Below, in pieces: positions 11,701 to 25,065 of a stretch of DNA of 64,000 bases; positions within the stretch are counted from its first letter, which is position 1; every line of letters starts with the position of its first letter. The notes under the pieces were generated by a model, which was not told the DNA's origin, did no database searches, and saw only the letters and a list, made by a program, of their open reading frames with translations. The translations under genes were made by a program, and so were the position numbers. Origin of the DNA: Auanema rhodensis (Eukaryota > Animalia > Nematoda); the NCBI GenBank assembly GCA_964057225.1, contig OZ059897.1, forward strand, positions 8,246,001 to 8,310,000. The letters run 5' to 3'.

Positions 11701-11943
11701 GGCTATGAAATTGTTCTGGAATTCTGATTTTACTAAGACTTTCTAGACATTGTTCTACCTTGAAGCGACCAACTCGCCGTTTGTAACCTCTTTGGAAAGC
11801 ATGCCAAATATCTCTAAGAAGTTCTTGGTCATAACTGACAGATACACCGTCGTGAGTGACTAAATATAACACTGTTTTTCTGTTTATTAAATCTCTTTCT
11901 TACCCTGGAATGAGAGCGCAGCAGCACTACGCGCCTCAGCCAT
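8709..11943 (-). CDS. cpt-1: Carnitine O-palmitoyltransferase 1; multi-exon
   Basis: [20 protein letters not shown]-terminus; [27 protein letters not shown]; catalytic NTEHSWGDA; [21 protein letters not shown]; [11 protein letters not shown]; [16 protein letters not shown]. Confidence 0.96.
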
Positions 11944-12099
11944 GCCTAGAAATTTCCTTTAATATAGAATGCAAATGAAACAGAAAATTCCCTGAATAAA
12001 ATATATGTAAAACAACAGTACGTCAAATAAATATTATTCTAGATCAAGCAGTAGTAGGAATGAAAAGCTATATAAATAAAAGAATCCTTTTATCAAAGA

Positions 12100-12920
12100 T
12101 TTCGAGGTGCAAAGTACAAAGAGGGCGGGGCAAGGACCGCGTTCTTCGCACCCTGTGTCCAACATGTCGGGGCACTAAGGGATAGTTGCTATTGTAAGAA
12201 TACGAGTGATTGATATATATAAATCATATTCTAATCAAATTTTCTTTTGGGTGTATGATTTTTGGACGTTTTTGAAGGTACGAAGAGGAAGATATTGATA
12301 AGCACATGTTATGTGTCTGATAGTCATGAACAACAAAAGTTCATTTCAGACCATTGATTGGATAGACATTATGTGGATAAGATCCAAGAAAATTAACGAT
12401 AACAGGTTATATATGACGTCATGAGAAAGCTTAAAAAATCACGTGGAAGTGAAACTCACTCGAAACCTATCATAAAGTGGCCTAGTTTGTTGAATTTATA
12501 ACACTTACTGATTGACTTTGACCCAGACATTGGACTCTAATATAATCACCAAGTAACAGTAGGGACAAATGTGGAACAAGTTATTCTCATTTATAGGATC
12601 AAATATTAGGTGAAGCATTTAAGTATAATTAAAACACAGTGTTATATATTTATATTAATATATATTAAGCCAAATAAAATAATGAGGGACGGAACAGTCA
12701 GTCATTGGGAAGAATATTTTTTTTTGAAATTTCTGCCATTTGTATGCCGTTTGAACAATGTGAACATTTGTTTGCCATAATATTATGATATAATCAAGTC
12801 TCTCACTTTCTTTCAATCTTTTACTCTGTGAAACAAACTGTTTGTTTTCATAAACATTTCAGCTTGATATCATAGAGGCCTGAAAAACAAGAAAAATGTA
12901 CGGCAAGCTCAAAGTTCAAA
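12100..12920 (-). promoter_or_regulatory. cpt-1 upstream region with HNF4/NHR DR1-like sites, a GC box, a CRE and an E-box
   Basis: DR1-like GGTGCAAAGTACA (12106-12118), GGGTCAAAGTCAA (minus, 12512-12524), AGCTCAAAGTTCA (12906-12918); GAGGGCGGGG (12121-12130); TGACGTCA (12414-12421); CACGTG (12440-12445). Confidence 0.5.
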
Positions 12921-13413
12921 TTCGTTTTGAATAATACGATTTCAAGCATTACACGTTGTTGATATATATATATATAAAATAATCATCGATCATTGCAAAG
13001 TATTTAAGTTATTTTATTAATGAAAAATAATTATGAATCCGTTACTTATGTTTCAAAAATTTATAACATTGAAAAAAAGGAAAAGCTATGACCTTTCGAG
13101 TGGTAACTACGACGAATTACACAACATTTGCGCGCTCAGGGCATATTTCTCACATAAATTTGAGCAACAAATTCTTAGACATATTCAAAAAAAAAGAAGC
13201 TTTAAATGAAATAAATAAAGACAATCTATGATAATATATGTATAATAATATGTACACTACAAGTTCTCAAAGATGCATAATACAAAATGACTAGGTAATG
13301 TTATCAATAGCACATAAAAAGTGACGGAAACCTGTATGTTGGTGCCATAGGGAATGTTGATAAGTGAAATTCTCGTTTCACTTTTAAAAAACCCGAGAAA
13401 GAACTAGTTTAAT

Positions 13414-16400
13414 TTACTCTTCAGTTTCAACTTCGTCAAAGGAGAAGAAGACACGAGCAGAATGAAATGTGTAAGTCATCTGTTGATATTCCTAAAAAAA
13501 TGAAAAATAAATATTAGTATTATTGATTAAAAATTAAGAATCAAAAACCTACTTTATAGGTAGAATTTACAATATTAGCCATGAGGGCATCTGAACGACG
13601 ATCTCTAGTTTCTGCTAATTTGGATGTCATTTCTGTCCCATCGTCTTCGATTTTTCTTTAAAAACAATATCATTAAAACGATAAATTGAATCAAAATGAA
13701 CTTTTTGAGAGATTCCATCCATTGTAAATCTAAGAAAGGTTTCCATTGATTAAGAACAGTTAAAAGATATGCAACACCTAGAAGCAACAACTCTCTGTTC
13801 AGGAATATGATAAACATGAAAATACCCAAATGAAAACCGTCGTCTACAAATGTCATTTCCTTATTGGATATTTGCATTCTTTTTTTCAATCTCTCTCTAC
13901 ATGTCAACATATGCTGTAAGTAATTCAGACTTAACGGAGGTATAAGCATGAAGAAATTTTCCAAGTGAGAAAACTTTGAGGTGCTCAAAGCATTTTGGAA
14001 TACATCAATCAGCATCTGAAAGGCAACAGCTGAATTGTTATTGAAACTTCAATTAGTAACCTTAATGAAATTTCTATTTTTTGATGAGGATTCTCTAACA
14101 TCTGTGAGAAGATTATTTAAAGTTCCAAGAACATTTTGCTGATTAGAATTAACTGAAATAAAATCGGGTTAATGGGAAAAAGGACTGTAGCAAATCATTT
14201 CCGATTTCTGGCTCGGATCTCACCTATATCAGGATTTTCGGTCCATTCTTCAGCATCGTATTCTTTAATTTGGCTGTTAATAGCATAAGCAGCCGAAGAC
14301 ATTGTACGAACAAATCCTAACGCATTACCAATCTAAAATAGAAGAATAATTGAAGTTCATGAAATTAAAGATTTACCTGAGTGACAAGCTCTCTAAACTT
14401 GTCCATATACGACTCTTCTTCATTCTCCCCTAACATCTCTATTGCTTTTTTGAATTTTTCTGCTCGCTTTACAGGGTACTTCAAATAATTTCTTTAGCCA
14501 ATATTGTATATTATATTGCTTACGTAATGATTATAAGACTCTTTTCTCTCTTGAAAATGTCGACGGTCCCGCTGTAATTGTGCCCGAATATGCTCATCTG
14601 ATAAGAATTGAGCTAAAACCGAAAATTTACTTCTGAGTAACTGGAACAGAAAATTATCCAAAGAACATGTTTTTATAATAAACCTGATATACTATATTTA
14701 CACTAGTGTTCAATATACCAGTACCGTGGGTTCTCAATGAAGCGGTCATGTGTTCAGATGTTACTACACGTAAAGCTTTATTTGGAGAAGATTTTTCCAA
14801 GAAAATCTAAAAGAAGGAGTGAAATTTTAGTTAAATCGCTTGAGGTGAATGAACTCACTTGATGATTTATACAATAATTAAATTTTACGGTAAACTGTTG
14901 TAATGTTAATATCACATGCTTTATGTCTAAGCCTTGATCAATAGAATGATGTGGTAAATCTCCAGATATTAATCTCAGGCCAAAACTAGAAAAAAACTCG
15001 ACATTCCTAATCTTTTCACCTCATTTACCGTTCTTCAGCCAGAAGAGCCATTTTACAATATGTATGACAATCGTGTAGAGACACAGCAGTCAAATCATAA
15101 AACGTCCTTTCAAGGTAGTTTTCAATGAATTCTGCAATATGGAGCCTAGAATATTCAGTACATGGTATGTAGTAACCTTTCACATTGTAAGATGTATTAT
15201 ACAAAGAAATAACAGGATTCCGTAAAATTCTCTTTAAAAAGGTCAATTTGATAGGGGAAGTTTTGTCACTCTCCGCCACAGACAGATGTTTATGAGTTAA
15301 AACCCTTAAATCATTCTCAACCAAACTGCATAGGGGAGTTAATAACCCCTAGAAAAAAAGAAGAAAATTCTATTGTGCAACCAATGTCTCAATAAACCTT
15401 TTTAATTAATTCCGATAAGTGATTCTGATAAGAGTCGAAAAACTTCTTGCTGGCATTCCGTGATAAAAATGCTAAACAATCAGTTTGAGCAGCGAGAAAG
15501 CACTTAAATAAAAATCAAAGTTTGTAGTTAAAACCAAAGAATTTTACCTTGAATGATGAATCATTTGGTATACGATCTAAAACTGTTTCCCAATATATAT
15601 CGAACAAAGGCCGTTGGAAAAGAATGAAAGAACAATCGCAAACTCTGTAAATTACGATAATGTAGGCGGAAAGAAATCAATTAAACCTTTGAATAAGCTT
15701 TAATGGTTGGAGCAATGTCTGTGTTCTGGTTAACAAACCTTCGATTTGTACAAAATTATTGGAATTTAAAACTTTCTGATAATGATAATGAGAGTTAGTC
15801 GTATAAGTAAATGAACAAAAACCTCATAATGTGCCATCTCCAGCGATATTCCGCATACGGATATTCTCGGTCTGGTAGCTGGAAATAAGCGTAAAGCATA
15901 AACTTTAACTTAACTAATACCACTGGAGCTCATAGCACTTATGGCTACATCCAAAGCACAAACTTTCTGAAGTTCTTTAGACTCTCTTAACTGTGTTCTC
16001 ATATCATCCAAAATAGATATTAAGTGACATCGCCATTGTTGACTAGATAGAGCAACAGCTTCGGATAAAACTCGCCAGTTATCTAAGAATAGCAGAGAAA
16101 TATTCTGAAAAAAACCGAATTTGATTAATTTAAGAAAAATTGCAGAACGAGCCTTTACACATTCCACAATCGCGAAGACATCGAAAGCCATTTTCTTGGA
16201 TAATTTCAATGACTCTCGAGGACCATACAATATCATCTTCAGTAGCCTAGACATCGTATCAGCCAGACGGACACCCTAAAAATATAACTTAATATAGAAG
16301 TCTATGGTTCAACAAAGTTACCCTTAAAACCAGTTCAGATAACTTCAAACTTCTAGCTGCATCAATTTTTTCTTTTTTAGAAGCTTCTTCAGAAAATAAC

Positions 16401-18094
16401 AATATCCATTCATTGGAAGTTGCTATCATTCCAACAGCTTCCGTTACAAAAGGTTCCGTTAACAAAGTTTCTCTGAAATAATAAATTGATGTTTTACTAT
16501 TTTTATAATTCATTTCTATTATAATATTTCAAAATAATTATCTAAAATCACGTCGTCATGTTTAAATGAACTACTATTCTATTTTTTTGGCGTTGCAAAT
16601 TCGCATGTGGTCAAATATTCCCAAACACATGTGAAATAATATTATTTACTCTCAAATGAATAACTCAGTTTTGTAACTTTTGTAAAGTTCACCTGAACTT
16701 CTGCACAGCAGTTATACTCTTCTTATCAACGATATCAGCAATATCAGGAATTTCACGTATCAGAAATAAACATGGATTCCAAAGAATATCGGCAAAGAGG
16801 TAAAATGCCATTATCTTAAAAAACAAATTGTAAATTAAACGAAAATTAGGAAAAAAAACCTTCTTATGAGAACTCCATACAGTCTTCAATAGTTTTTTGT
16901 TAGGCTTTGGGAAATGAAGATGATAAAACACAGCTAATGAAACAATTGACATCAACTTTTTCTTTTCCGGTACGTCATTTTCTTAATGAAAAAACTGTCA
17001 TAAATATTGTTCTAGGCATTGAAAACCTGCAGCTTTCTCCCATTTTTGATAAATAGTTTGAATAATATCCTTCATTCGAGCAGCAAATTTCAAGTCTTCA
17101 TCCAACTCACCAAAACATTGCTCATAGCAATTCTGAACAAATATGTTTTCAATTTGAAATAGAAGAACAACAAACCCTTAATCCATTCCCAGAAAGGATT
17201 GAACCTTCTATCAGAGCTAGATTTGATATGAGAGGAATGAGTTCTTCAGATTGAATATTAAACTGGCTGGGATAATGCTGAACTGATTCAACAGCACTGA
17301 AATTTGAAATTGAACAGGTATTCACGCCTTAGTATAAAAAAAACTTTTTATAAATTAGCCAGTGCTGTTTAGTGATGGGCCTATTTAAATAAATTTCATC
17401 CATTTGAACTAAGATTGATAAAAGTTCTCCTAGAGCTTTCCAGACACGTAAAAACGATCTATCACCGGCGGATGTGATCACATTATCTCTAAAACATTAC
17501 TTCATTAAACTCCAGTTTCTCTTTTCAAAACTTACTCAAGTCGGTGAAAAAAACGAATTTGCTGCAATAAGTTTCTGAAAACCTCGTTTACCCGTGACAC
17601 AAAAGTTGAAATATCAAGAAGCATTGGTATTAATTTAGCCATATTTTCGATAATTTCAGATTCAGTTAGAGAATCCTGTGCCATAGCTGAATGCAAAGCA
17701 TATTTCAACAAATTTAATTAATTCAAATACCTTCTTCGCTATAAGATAAAAGAACAGGAAAATACTTTTCTGATCCTTCTGAGGAAAGTTTATTAACTTC
17801 TTCAACTAATTGAGCTAATGTTATTATACATTTTTCTACAACTGATGATCCTTTGATGAAAGCAGATATTGAGGTATTTTCAAGAGGAATATCCTGAATT
17901 GAAAGAAGAAGAATGCTTTGAAATAGAAAGAACACCAAACCTCCAACAGGACACTTCTTTCTACGCCATTGGAAGAAGGCAGAGATTTTAACAAATTTTC
18001 AAAAGCCCTCAATTCATGAGCTATTGCTCGCCCTTAAGATTAAACATATTTTCGTGTATTTTGTACTTGATATACCTCTAGTAGTTTGTTCCAT
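13414..18094 (-). CDS. WASHC4: WASH complex subunit 4 (SWIP/KIAA1033/WASHC4) homolog; many short exons
   Basis: VENDLRVLTH; YLERTFYDLTAVSLHDCHTYCKM; HMTASLRTHGTGILNTSVN; QIGNALGFVRTM; HLENFFMLIPPLSLNYL; FVDDGFHLGVAYLLTVLNQW; C-terminal TFHSARVFF. All resemble conserved SWIP blocks. ATG at 18094 follows a CTATTCAG acceptor at ~18121. Confidence 0.88.
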
Positions 18095-18301
18095 GTATTT
18101 GTCTGTCCAATAATTACAGGCTGAATAGGTTTGTATTGTGTGTTGCATTGTATCAATGAAGCAGAATAACTATGGACACTGACCCCTTATACATTTGATA
18201 AACGATGTAAATATCAACAAATTTATAATTTGTAATCTAACAAGCAACAAAGAATAACAAAAACAGTAAAAATAACAAGGATTTGCAACAAATTATGTTC
18301 A

Positions 18302-21300
18302 TTATTCATCGGACATTTCAATATCATCTGCTTCAGCGATTCTACTAGCTGCCAAACGCTCAATCTAAATGTTGAACTTGATTAAAGTAGATAGATAAGA
18401 TAACATACTCTTGGGTTGTAAGTCCATTTAGGGAAGCATCGTTTATAAAGAGACATCATCACAGAGTCTTGAGCATTTAATTGTTGATCAAATTTACATT
18501 TCATATGTCCATGAGTACCTGAAAAGAAATACAATTGCTATTTATCTGAAAAAACAAGTTATACCGATAGCCTCCTTGATATGACCACGACGACCACTAG
18601 GAGTATGCAACTCGACAGGTTTGAACCATTCAATATCCTCTGAAAAATGTGAGAATTGTACAATTAAATTCAAAAGATCAACACTGACCTCTGTTGAAAA
18701 ACATGTATCTACAAACTACTGATCTCTTGTTGATTTTGAAGGGATGTCCAGCAAGTACTAATCGTTTCAATACTATTCTGTCTGGGTTAATATCCAGAAC
18801 AGAGCCAGAAGCAACCAATTCCTTGAAAAAAACTTGTTACTTAAAGTCTCATTATATTTCAAGATACCTGTCGTCCCTTTCCATCTTTACGGAAAACTAA
18901 TACAGATGCTGGTGGGAATGTAATAGGAGCAAAAATCGTAGCAACACAAGCTCCTTTTTGAGGTAAAAACCTTTCCATTTTAAATTTATCTCCAGTAGTA
19001 TGCTGACTGAAAACTGGTTCTGCTTCGAACTTTCTGAATCCAACTTGGAATATGAGCTTCTAAAAGATAACAAAAATAAAGAATTAAAGCATATTCAGTT
19101 CAAAATCTTACGGTTTTGCCCATAATAGGAACTGTACAGGTAGGGTGCTTTCTTAAAACCATATTGAGCACAGACATCTTTTGCTCATGAGATAGTAATT
19201 GATAAATAACTAAATATGAGTGGGAATCTATTTCAGCTGAAACGAGAAGGTTTAGAGAAAAAACACTTATTGGCACTAACTCTGGAAAGTTGTGGGAACT
19301 TTCTCAATAACTATGGTAGCATATTGTCCGTGATTGATGCCATCATCGTCAGCATCTATGCTACCCATAACAGTTTTTCTAGTTTTCTTGAAATTTTGGA
19401 ACTTGAATATACGAGCATAATCATAAGGTAAGTTCTCCATTGGATCCCAAGCTGATGTTCTGAACACAATTAAAGTTAATATATATTTTTGAGCTTGTTA
19501 ACCTGAAACTCTTCATTCCACGATATTTCTGGAATCGCACACGAGCTGGAATATCGATGGGAGTATCAACTTCATCAGGGAATTGATCATTTTCCCTCTC
19601 TTTTCTGTATTTTTCAACCTTAAAACATTTTTTTTGCAGCATATTCTACTAATTTGGCCATACTTCATCCATATCGATGTCGTCATCAAGAAATTCTGTT
19701 CCAGCCTCAGTAGCACCGTCATCCATTTGAACATCTTCCATTTCATCTTCTTCCTCTTCTTGAGTAGGTTGCAAGCCATCCATATCTATATCATCCTCTT
19801 CTTCATCTTCATCATCTTCGGACTCCTGGTCATGAATAAATAATTTATGTTCTAATAAACATTATTACTTCTTCATCATCTTGTTCCTCGTCACTCTCAA
19901 TAATCCAAGCAGCTTGATAAGCAGATGTACCCTTTGGAACTTTCTTTTTTTCTCCTTCTTCCCTCACTAAACAGAAATAAAGTAAAAATTAAATCAAATG
20001 TTATTTTTTTACTTTCGTCGCCTCCGACGATATCGTGCTCATCAGGCCAGGTTTGTTCTCCATCCAATGGATCAGGGACTATTTCCGATTGTAAGCTTTC
20101 TTGTTTCTCTGGGTCGGCCTGAGCAAGAACCTTAACTTCGGTTGAAGGATTCAACTGAAAACATTAATAAAATAATTTCACATTGCATTAGTGTAAAACC
20201 TTCATGGAGTGAGGGTCAGGGTGAGTCTCTACACTGCTGATTTGAAAATCTCCCCATCCAGGTAAGTGAATCAACCTATTAACACTGAAGCTAGGACCTC
20301 GGAGAAAACCTGTGGCTCTCAACGTGGCAAGTCCTTCCTGAACAAATACGAATGATGGGTCAAAGCACCACTGAACAAACCTTTTCATTAATCAATTCCA
20401 TTTTTTCAACAAGCATATGGGATCGACGTTGCTGCAACATGGTCTTCTTCTTTTTAGTCTCAATAACTCCTCTGATAATTTGAATTCCATCAGATTCGCT
20501 ATCAGCATTATATAACTTGTCACTTCCCAAATTCCTATAATCCATAGTATAAAAGTTAGTCAAAAACCAGAGTAATTACCATTTGGAAATCATATTAAGG
20601 ACACATTTTCTAGCTTCATCTTTTTTCTTACCACTGGTTATGGAAGCCAATCCAGGAGCAATGTTAAGGTAAGTTGGTAATCCTTTAAAACTTTAAATTA
20701 GCACGATAAATAGATTAAACTATATACCGTGAGCCTTCACAGCACTGATCAAAAGTTCTTCCCATTTAGAAATTTCTCCACTCAAAGGCCAAACAAAACA
20801 GACAATATCGGAAACCTAAGGTTAAAAGATTGCAATCAATAAATATCTGTACCAATGATACCTTTAAGCAATCAAGAACATCGTCAATGACTTGAATATC
20901 AGGAAGAAGAAAACCTATTCTAGCTTTGAAACGTGGAACACTTAAAATAAAATTCCAAATAACAAAATTTGATATTCTAAAACGTACGCAAAATAGGCAA
21001 CATTTTTTCCTTCAGTTTTGACGATAGTTTCATCACACTCGCAAAGCCTATTAACAAAATCATGCTTTGGTACAGCATTTCCCAGTACAATAACAGTTGC
21101 AAGAGATGGTGGAGCATCAACACCAAGATATTTTCTACGTTCTTCCAAAGCTGCTCTGGTTTTGCTTTGCCTTCTTTGAACAGTTTGATTTCTTCTATCC
21201 TCTTTGGATATTGAACGATTTATCGATCTTTTTAAATCACGTTGGGCAACACGACCTATTATTGAAATTTATAAAATATTTCAAACATTTTAAACCTCGA

Positions 21301-21398
21301 GACTGCTCATCAATCTGCCCCTTGGTACGATGACCTTTCCAAGATTTATGTTGCTTGGCTGGGCGTTTGAATACTCCAGGTCTGTGACCTTCCCCCAT
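18302..21398 (-). CDS. TSR1: TSR1 pre-40S ribosome maturation factor (BMS1/TSR1 family); C. elegans tag-151-like
   Basis: [27 protein letters not shown]; [15 protein letters not shown]; [11 protein letters not shown]; [11 protein letters not shown]; [47 protein letters not shown]; GHMKCKFD; [11 protein letters not shown]. Confidence 0.95.
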
Positions 21399-21727
21399 TC
21401 TAACAGAAAAAATTTGCAAAATTATACGATACAAAATTAGAATAGAAAGGTATAGAAACAACTGCTAATGTCTTGTTTCAAGAAAAATAATTTAAATTTA
21501 CTTTAAGATTGAAATAAATAAGTCACAGTCCATCTAGTCTTATCACAAACATATGACAAAAACAAAAAAAAAACAAAATGTTAGGATAAAACAAGTCTTT
21601 GCGAAATTAACACGCTAGAAAACCACAGATAAGAAGAACCCTTAGTTCAATAAATACTTCAAACAAGCATAATTTACGAGTGTTCAAACAAAATAAATTA
21701 TAGAAAATCAACAACCAGTTAAAGAAT

Positions 21728-24700
21728 TCACAGATCAAAACCAGTGAAGTCACCGAATTCCCAGATGACACGACGTTCACGACGAGCCTTCTTTTCAGCA
21801 TCTTGATATTGGGAAACCTGAAATCGAGAAAAATGAAATACATAAAGCATGAACAATATTACCAGATCTTGCAGTCTAACTTCGCGACGCTTGTCAGCGA
21901 GAGCATATCCTTCTTGAACAAGGGTAAGCCCGAGGTCGAGCTTCTTTCCTTGAGACTCAACGAAAGCTTGGACATATTCTAAAGGTCCGACCTTATACTC
22001 TACATTGATGTCAATGATTGGGGCAGAGGTGATATAGAACTCGAAAGCTTCCTCAGCTTGACGTCCGTACTCCTTGTCGAAAGGAACTTGAGTGAGGGCA
22101 AGAGCATATTCCTTAGCGAATGCAGAGTGGTTAGCGAATCCAGCTGGTAATTGGGCCAAGGCATTCGAAGCAACGGTTTCCTTCTGTAAAACAATTTATT
22201 TACAGTAAATATTTCATTCAAACATACGTTTCCGTAATCGATGAAGGTAACCTCACATTGTCCGGAACGAATAGAATCGACCTTAGCTCTGTACCATTGT
22301 CCATCAGCAGAGAATGGAGCAACACACAAATCTCCCTTCTATAAGTTCAGATTTGAAAATTTTCCTAAAAAATTCTATAAAAACCTTGGGGACATATGAT
22401 CCGGTCATTGGCTTGTTTTGATTGAGGTGCTCTCTCAGGTCTCCCATGAGCTTCTCAAGCTTAGCTCCATCCTCAACATGTTGAGCAGAAAATTTAAAGC
22501 TGAGATGTCTTGGCTTCTCTCCTTCAATGGTGGTGAAGACGTTTCTGACAACATCACTAACAACGATCTTCTTCAAGTTGACCTTTCTCTCGGAAGTGTC
22601 GTTTTGAGGCTCAACAACATCTTCGACTTGAGTCTCCTCCTTGTAGTTAGCCCAGATATTGCGTCTAAAACACATGATTAGGGAGAAATTAACAATAACT
22701 AATCACTTGGCGTTCTTGGCTCTTTGTTCAGCAGCAACGAGAGCGTTGTAGTGAGCACTCTTCTCAGCAGTGAAGTGAAGAGCAGCTAAACCTTGCTCCA
22801 ATAGAAGCTCAGAAAGGTTTTGGGCGCGTCCTCCGTTCTCGTTGGTGATGAAGACGTATCCGACGAAGTTACCCATCTTATCAAGACCCTCAACTTCGAT
22901 CTCGACTTCTCTCTGGAGAGTGAGGTTGCGAGTGAAAGCGGTAGCCTCATTGGAGAAAGGCTCATCAGTTCCAGTTACTCCTCCTGGTCCAGTTCTAGCG
23001 GTCTTTGGAACATTGATTCCACTGAGAAGGAAAGTGATGATGCATGTTTCCTTTGGAATATAAACTCTCATGCGAGATCCACTGCTGATGAATTCAACAA
23101 CTCCTTCGGATCTGTAGAACGTTTATGAATGAACAAAAAAAAATAATTTGTTACCTGGTGCTTCTTTGGAGGTATGGAAGGAATTGCTTGCTTCTGGCTA
23201 GATCTCCTTGAAGTTCTTGAATGCGGAGGGTGTCCTTCTTGTCGGCAGATTTCTCGGCGAACAATCCCTTCTTGCTCTTCTCAGCATTGGCTTCGGCAGC
23301 AAGGAGAGCGTCGTATTCAGATGATCTAAGATTATAATATCAAATAGCTTTAGTCCAATCTATTCCAACCTGTTCTCATCATCAGCACGATGACGGACAA
23401 CCTTGCTCAATCCCTTCACAACAAGTCCTTCAGCGATGTTAACATCACCAATACGGACAGTACAGCAAATCTTTTCTGGGTATTGCTCAGACTTTGGTTG
23501 AATGTAATCAACAGTGAAGTTAGCCTTCTTTCCAACAAGTCTCTTCCTAAGGAATTCACGAGCTTGGAACATGAATGGAATATCATAAAGTGGTCTGAAT
23601 TGTCTTCCGACAGCTGGCTTATCATCTCCGTCTCTAAAAGGTACTCAAGTTCAAAACTATTATGATGTCTAGTCAACCTTGGAAGTCTGACTGAGGAAAG
23701 GAAGATCTTTTGCTCAGTTCCGTCATCCTTCTGTACGATCATAGCATCAGACATAACGATTTCGGTAACTTTAGCAGAGAAAGACTTCTTGTCAGCAGAA
23801 AGGTTTCCGGTTGGAGAAGTGTAAGAGCGCCAAATGCGAGCTCTCTTGTCCTTGGCTTGTCTATAAAAAAACCATAGAACAAAAAAGATTACAGTGATTT
23901 ACCTCTCAGCGGCTCTGAGCTTTTCGGCTCCCCCGGTGCAAAGTCCAATGCTCCAGTCAACGCACTTGGCGTATCCTTCTCTGAGAAGAGATTCGGCAAT
24001 ATTTCCGCGGGGGTGAACAACGGATCCAACAAGGTTTTGGTTGGAAACAGACTCAAGAATAACCTAAATTGCCATGTCAATATTGAAATTCATAGACATT
24101 GTTACCTTAAGATCTTGTTGAAGGAGTCTAGTCTCAGCGAAGAATTTAGCCTCTTCAGCGAAAGCTTCTACTTTACCATCAGCTCCAGATCTGGTGGCTG
24201 GGGATCTGACTCCGGAAAGTTGAAGAGTGATGTATTCAAAGTTGGGGAGCAAAAGAACACGGTAAGTGGATCCATCGCGAACCTATGAAGAAGGACTTAA
24301 CAAAAAATCAAAGGTATACCATACCATCTCAACAATAGCATCAACTGGCTGCTGATTGTATTGATCAACGAGAGCTCTTGGGTTATCAATGACCCATTTT
24401 ACTTCTCTGACTGGCTTAGCGTTAGAGCTCCACTTTCCTTTTCCGGCAGCCTTGGCCTGATCCTGCAGTTCCATGAGCTTGGTGGTGTATTCACTAAAAC
24501 ATAGTTGTTTACTTCAGAAGATTAACAAAATAACTTACTCAGCGCTCTTTCCTTGGCGAACCTCGAGGAAACCTTCAGCGACTCCAGTTTCAGTTACGTT
24601 TTCAGCATTGTCTGGGTCTAAAACAGTCAATTTAACAAAGAAGAATTAAATAGTGCATACTAGTTCCTCCCAAATAAGCTCTTCCGTGATCACGTCCAGA

Positions 24701-25065
24701 AGTGGCAGTGTAATCTTTAACAAAAGTGACAACTTGTCCGATGAGTTTTTTGCGAAGGAATTCTCTGGCTTCCCATGCATATGGCTAGAACAGAAGTATT
24801 AAAAACTGTTCTTAATGTCTAAATGTACCTCGTCAGGTGTGGCAGGGGTAGAATCAGTAGGTCTCTTTCCCATACGAGGAGCACTGACATTGCTCAAGTA
24901 AACAGTGGTCTCTGGTGGGGGTCCTCCTTGAGCTGGTCCTTGCAAAACGATGGCATCTCCAGAAATAACCTACGAACAAATCAGAAATCAGTGATACACA
25001 ATTTTCATCATAGGTACCTGCTTTACAAGTCCTCTTCTGAATGATCCTTGTCCAGATTCAGCCAT
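21728..25065 (-). CDS. tsn-1: Tudor staphylococcal nuclease (SND1/p100); multi-exon
   Basis: [27 protein letters not shown]; [17 protein letters not shown]; repeated SN domains ([32 protein letters not shown]); Tudor [16 protein letters not shown]...FIDYGN; C-terminus [12 protein letters not shown]; strong C/G-ending codon bias. Confidence 0.97.

Noticed and set aside
22418-24288. Plus-strand ORFs overlapping tsn-1
   Set aside because: Antisense shadows caused by the strong codon bias of tsn-1.
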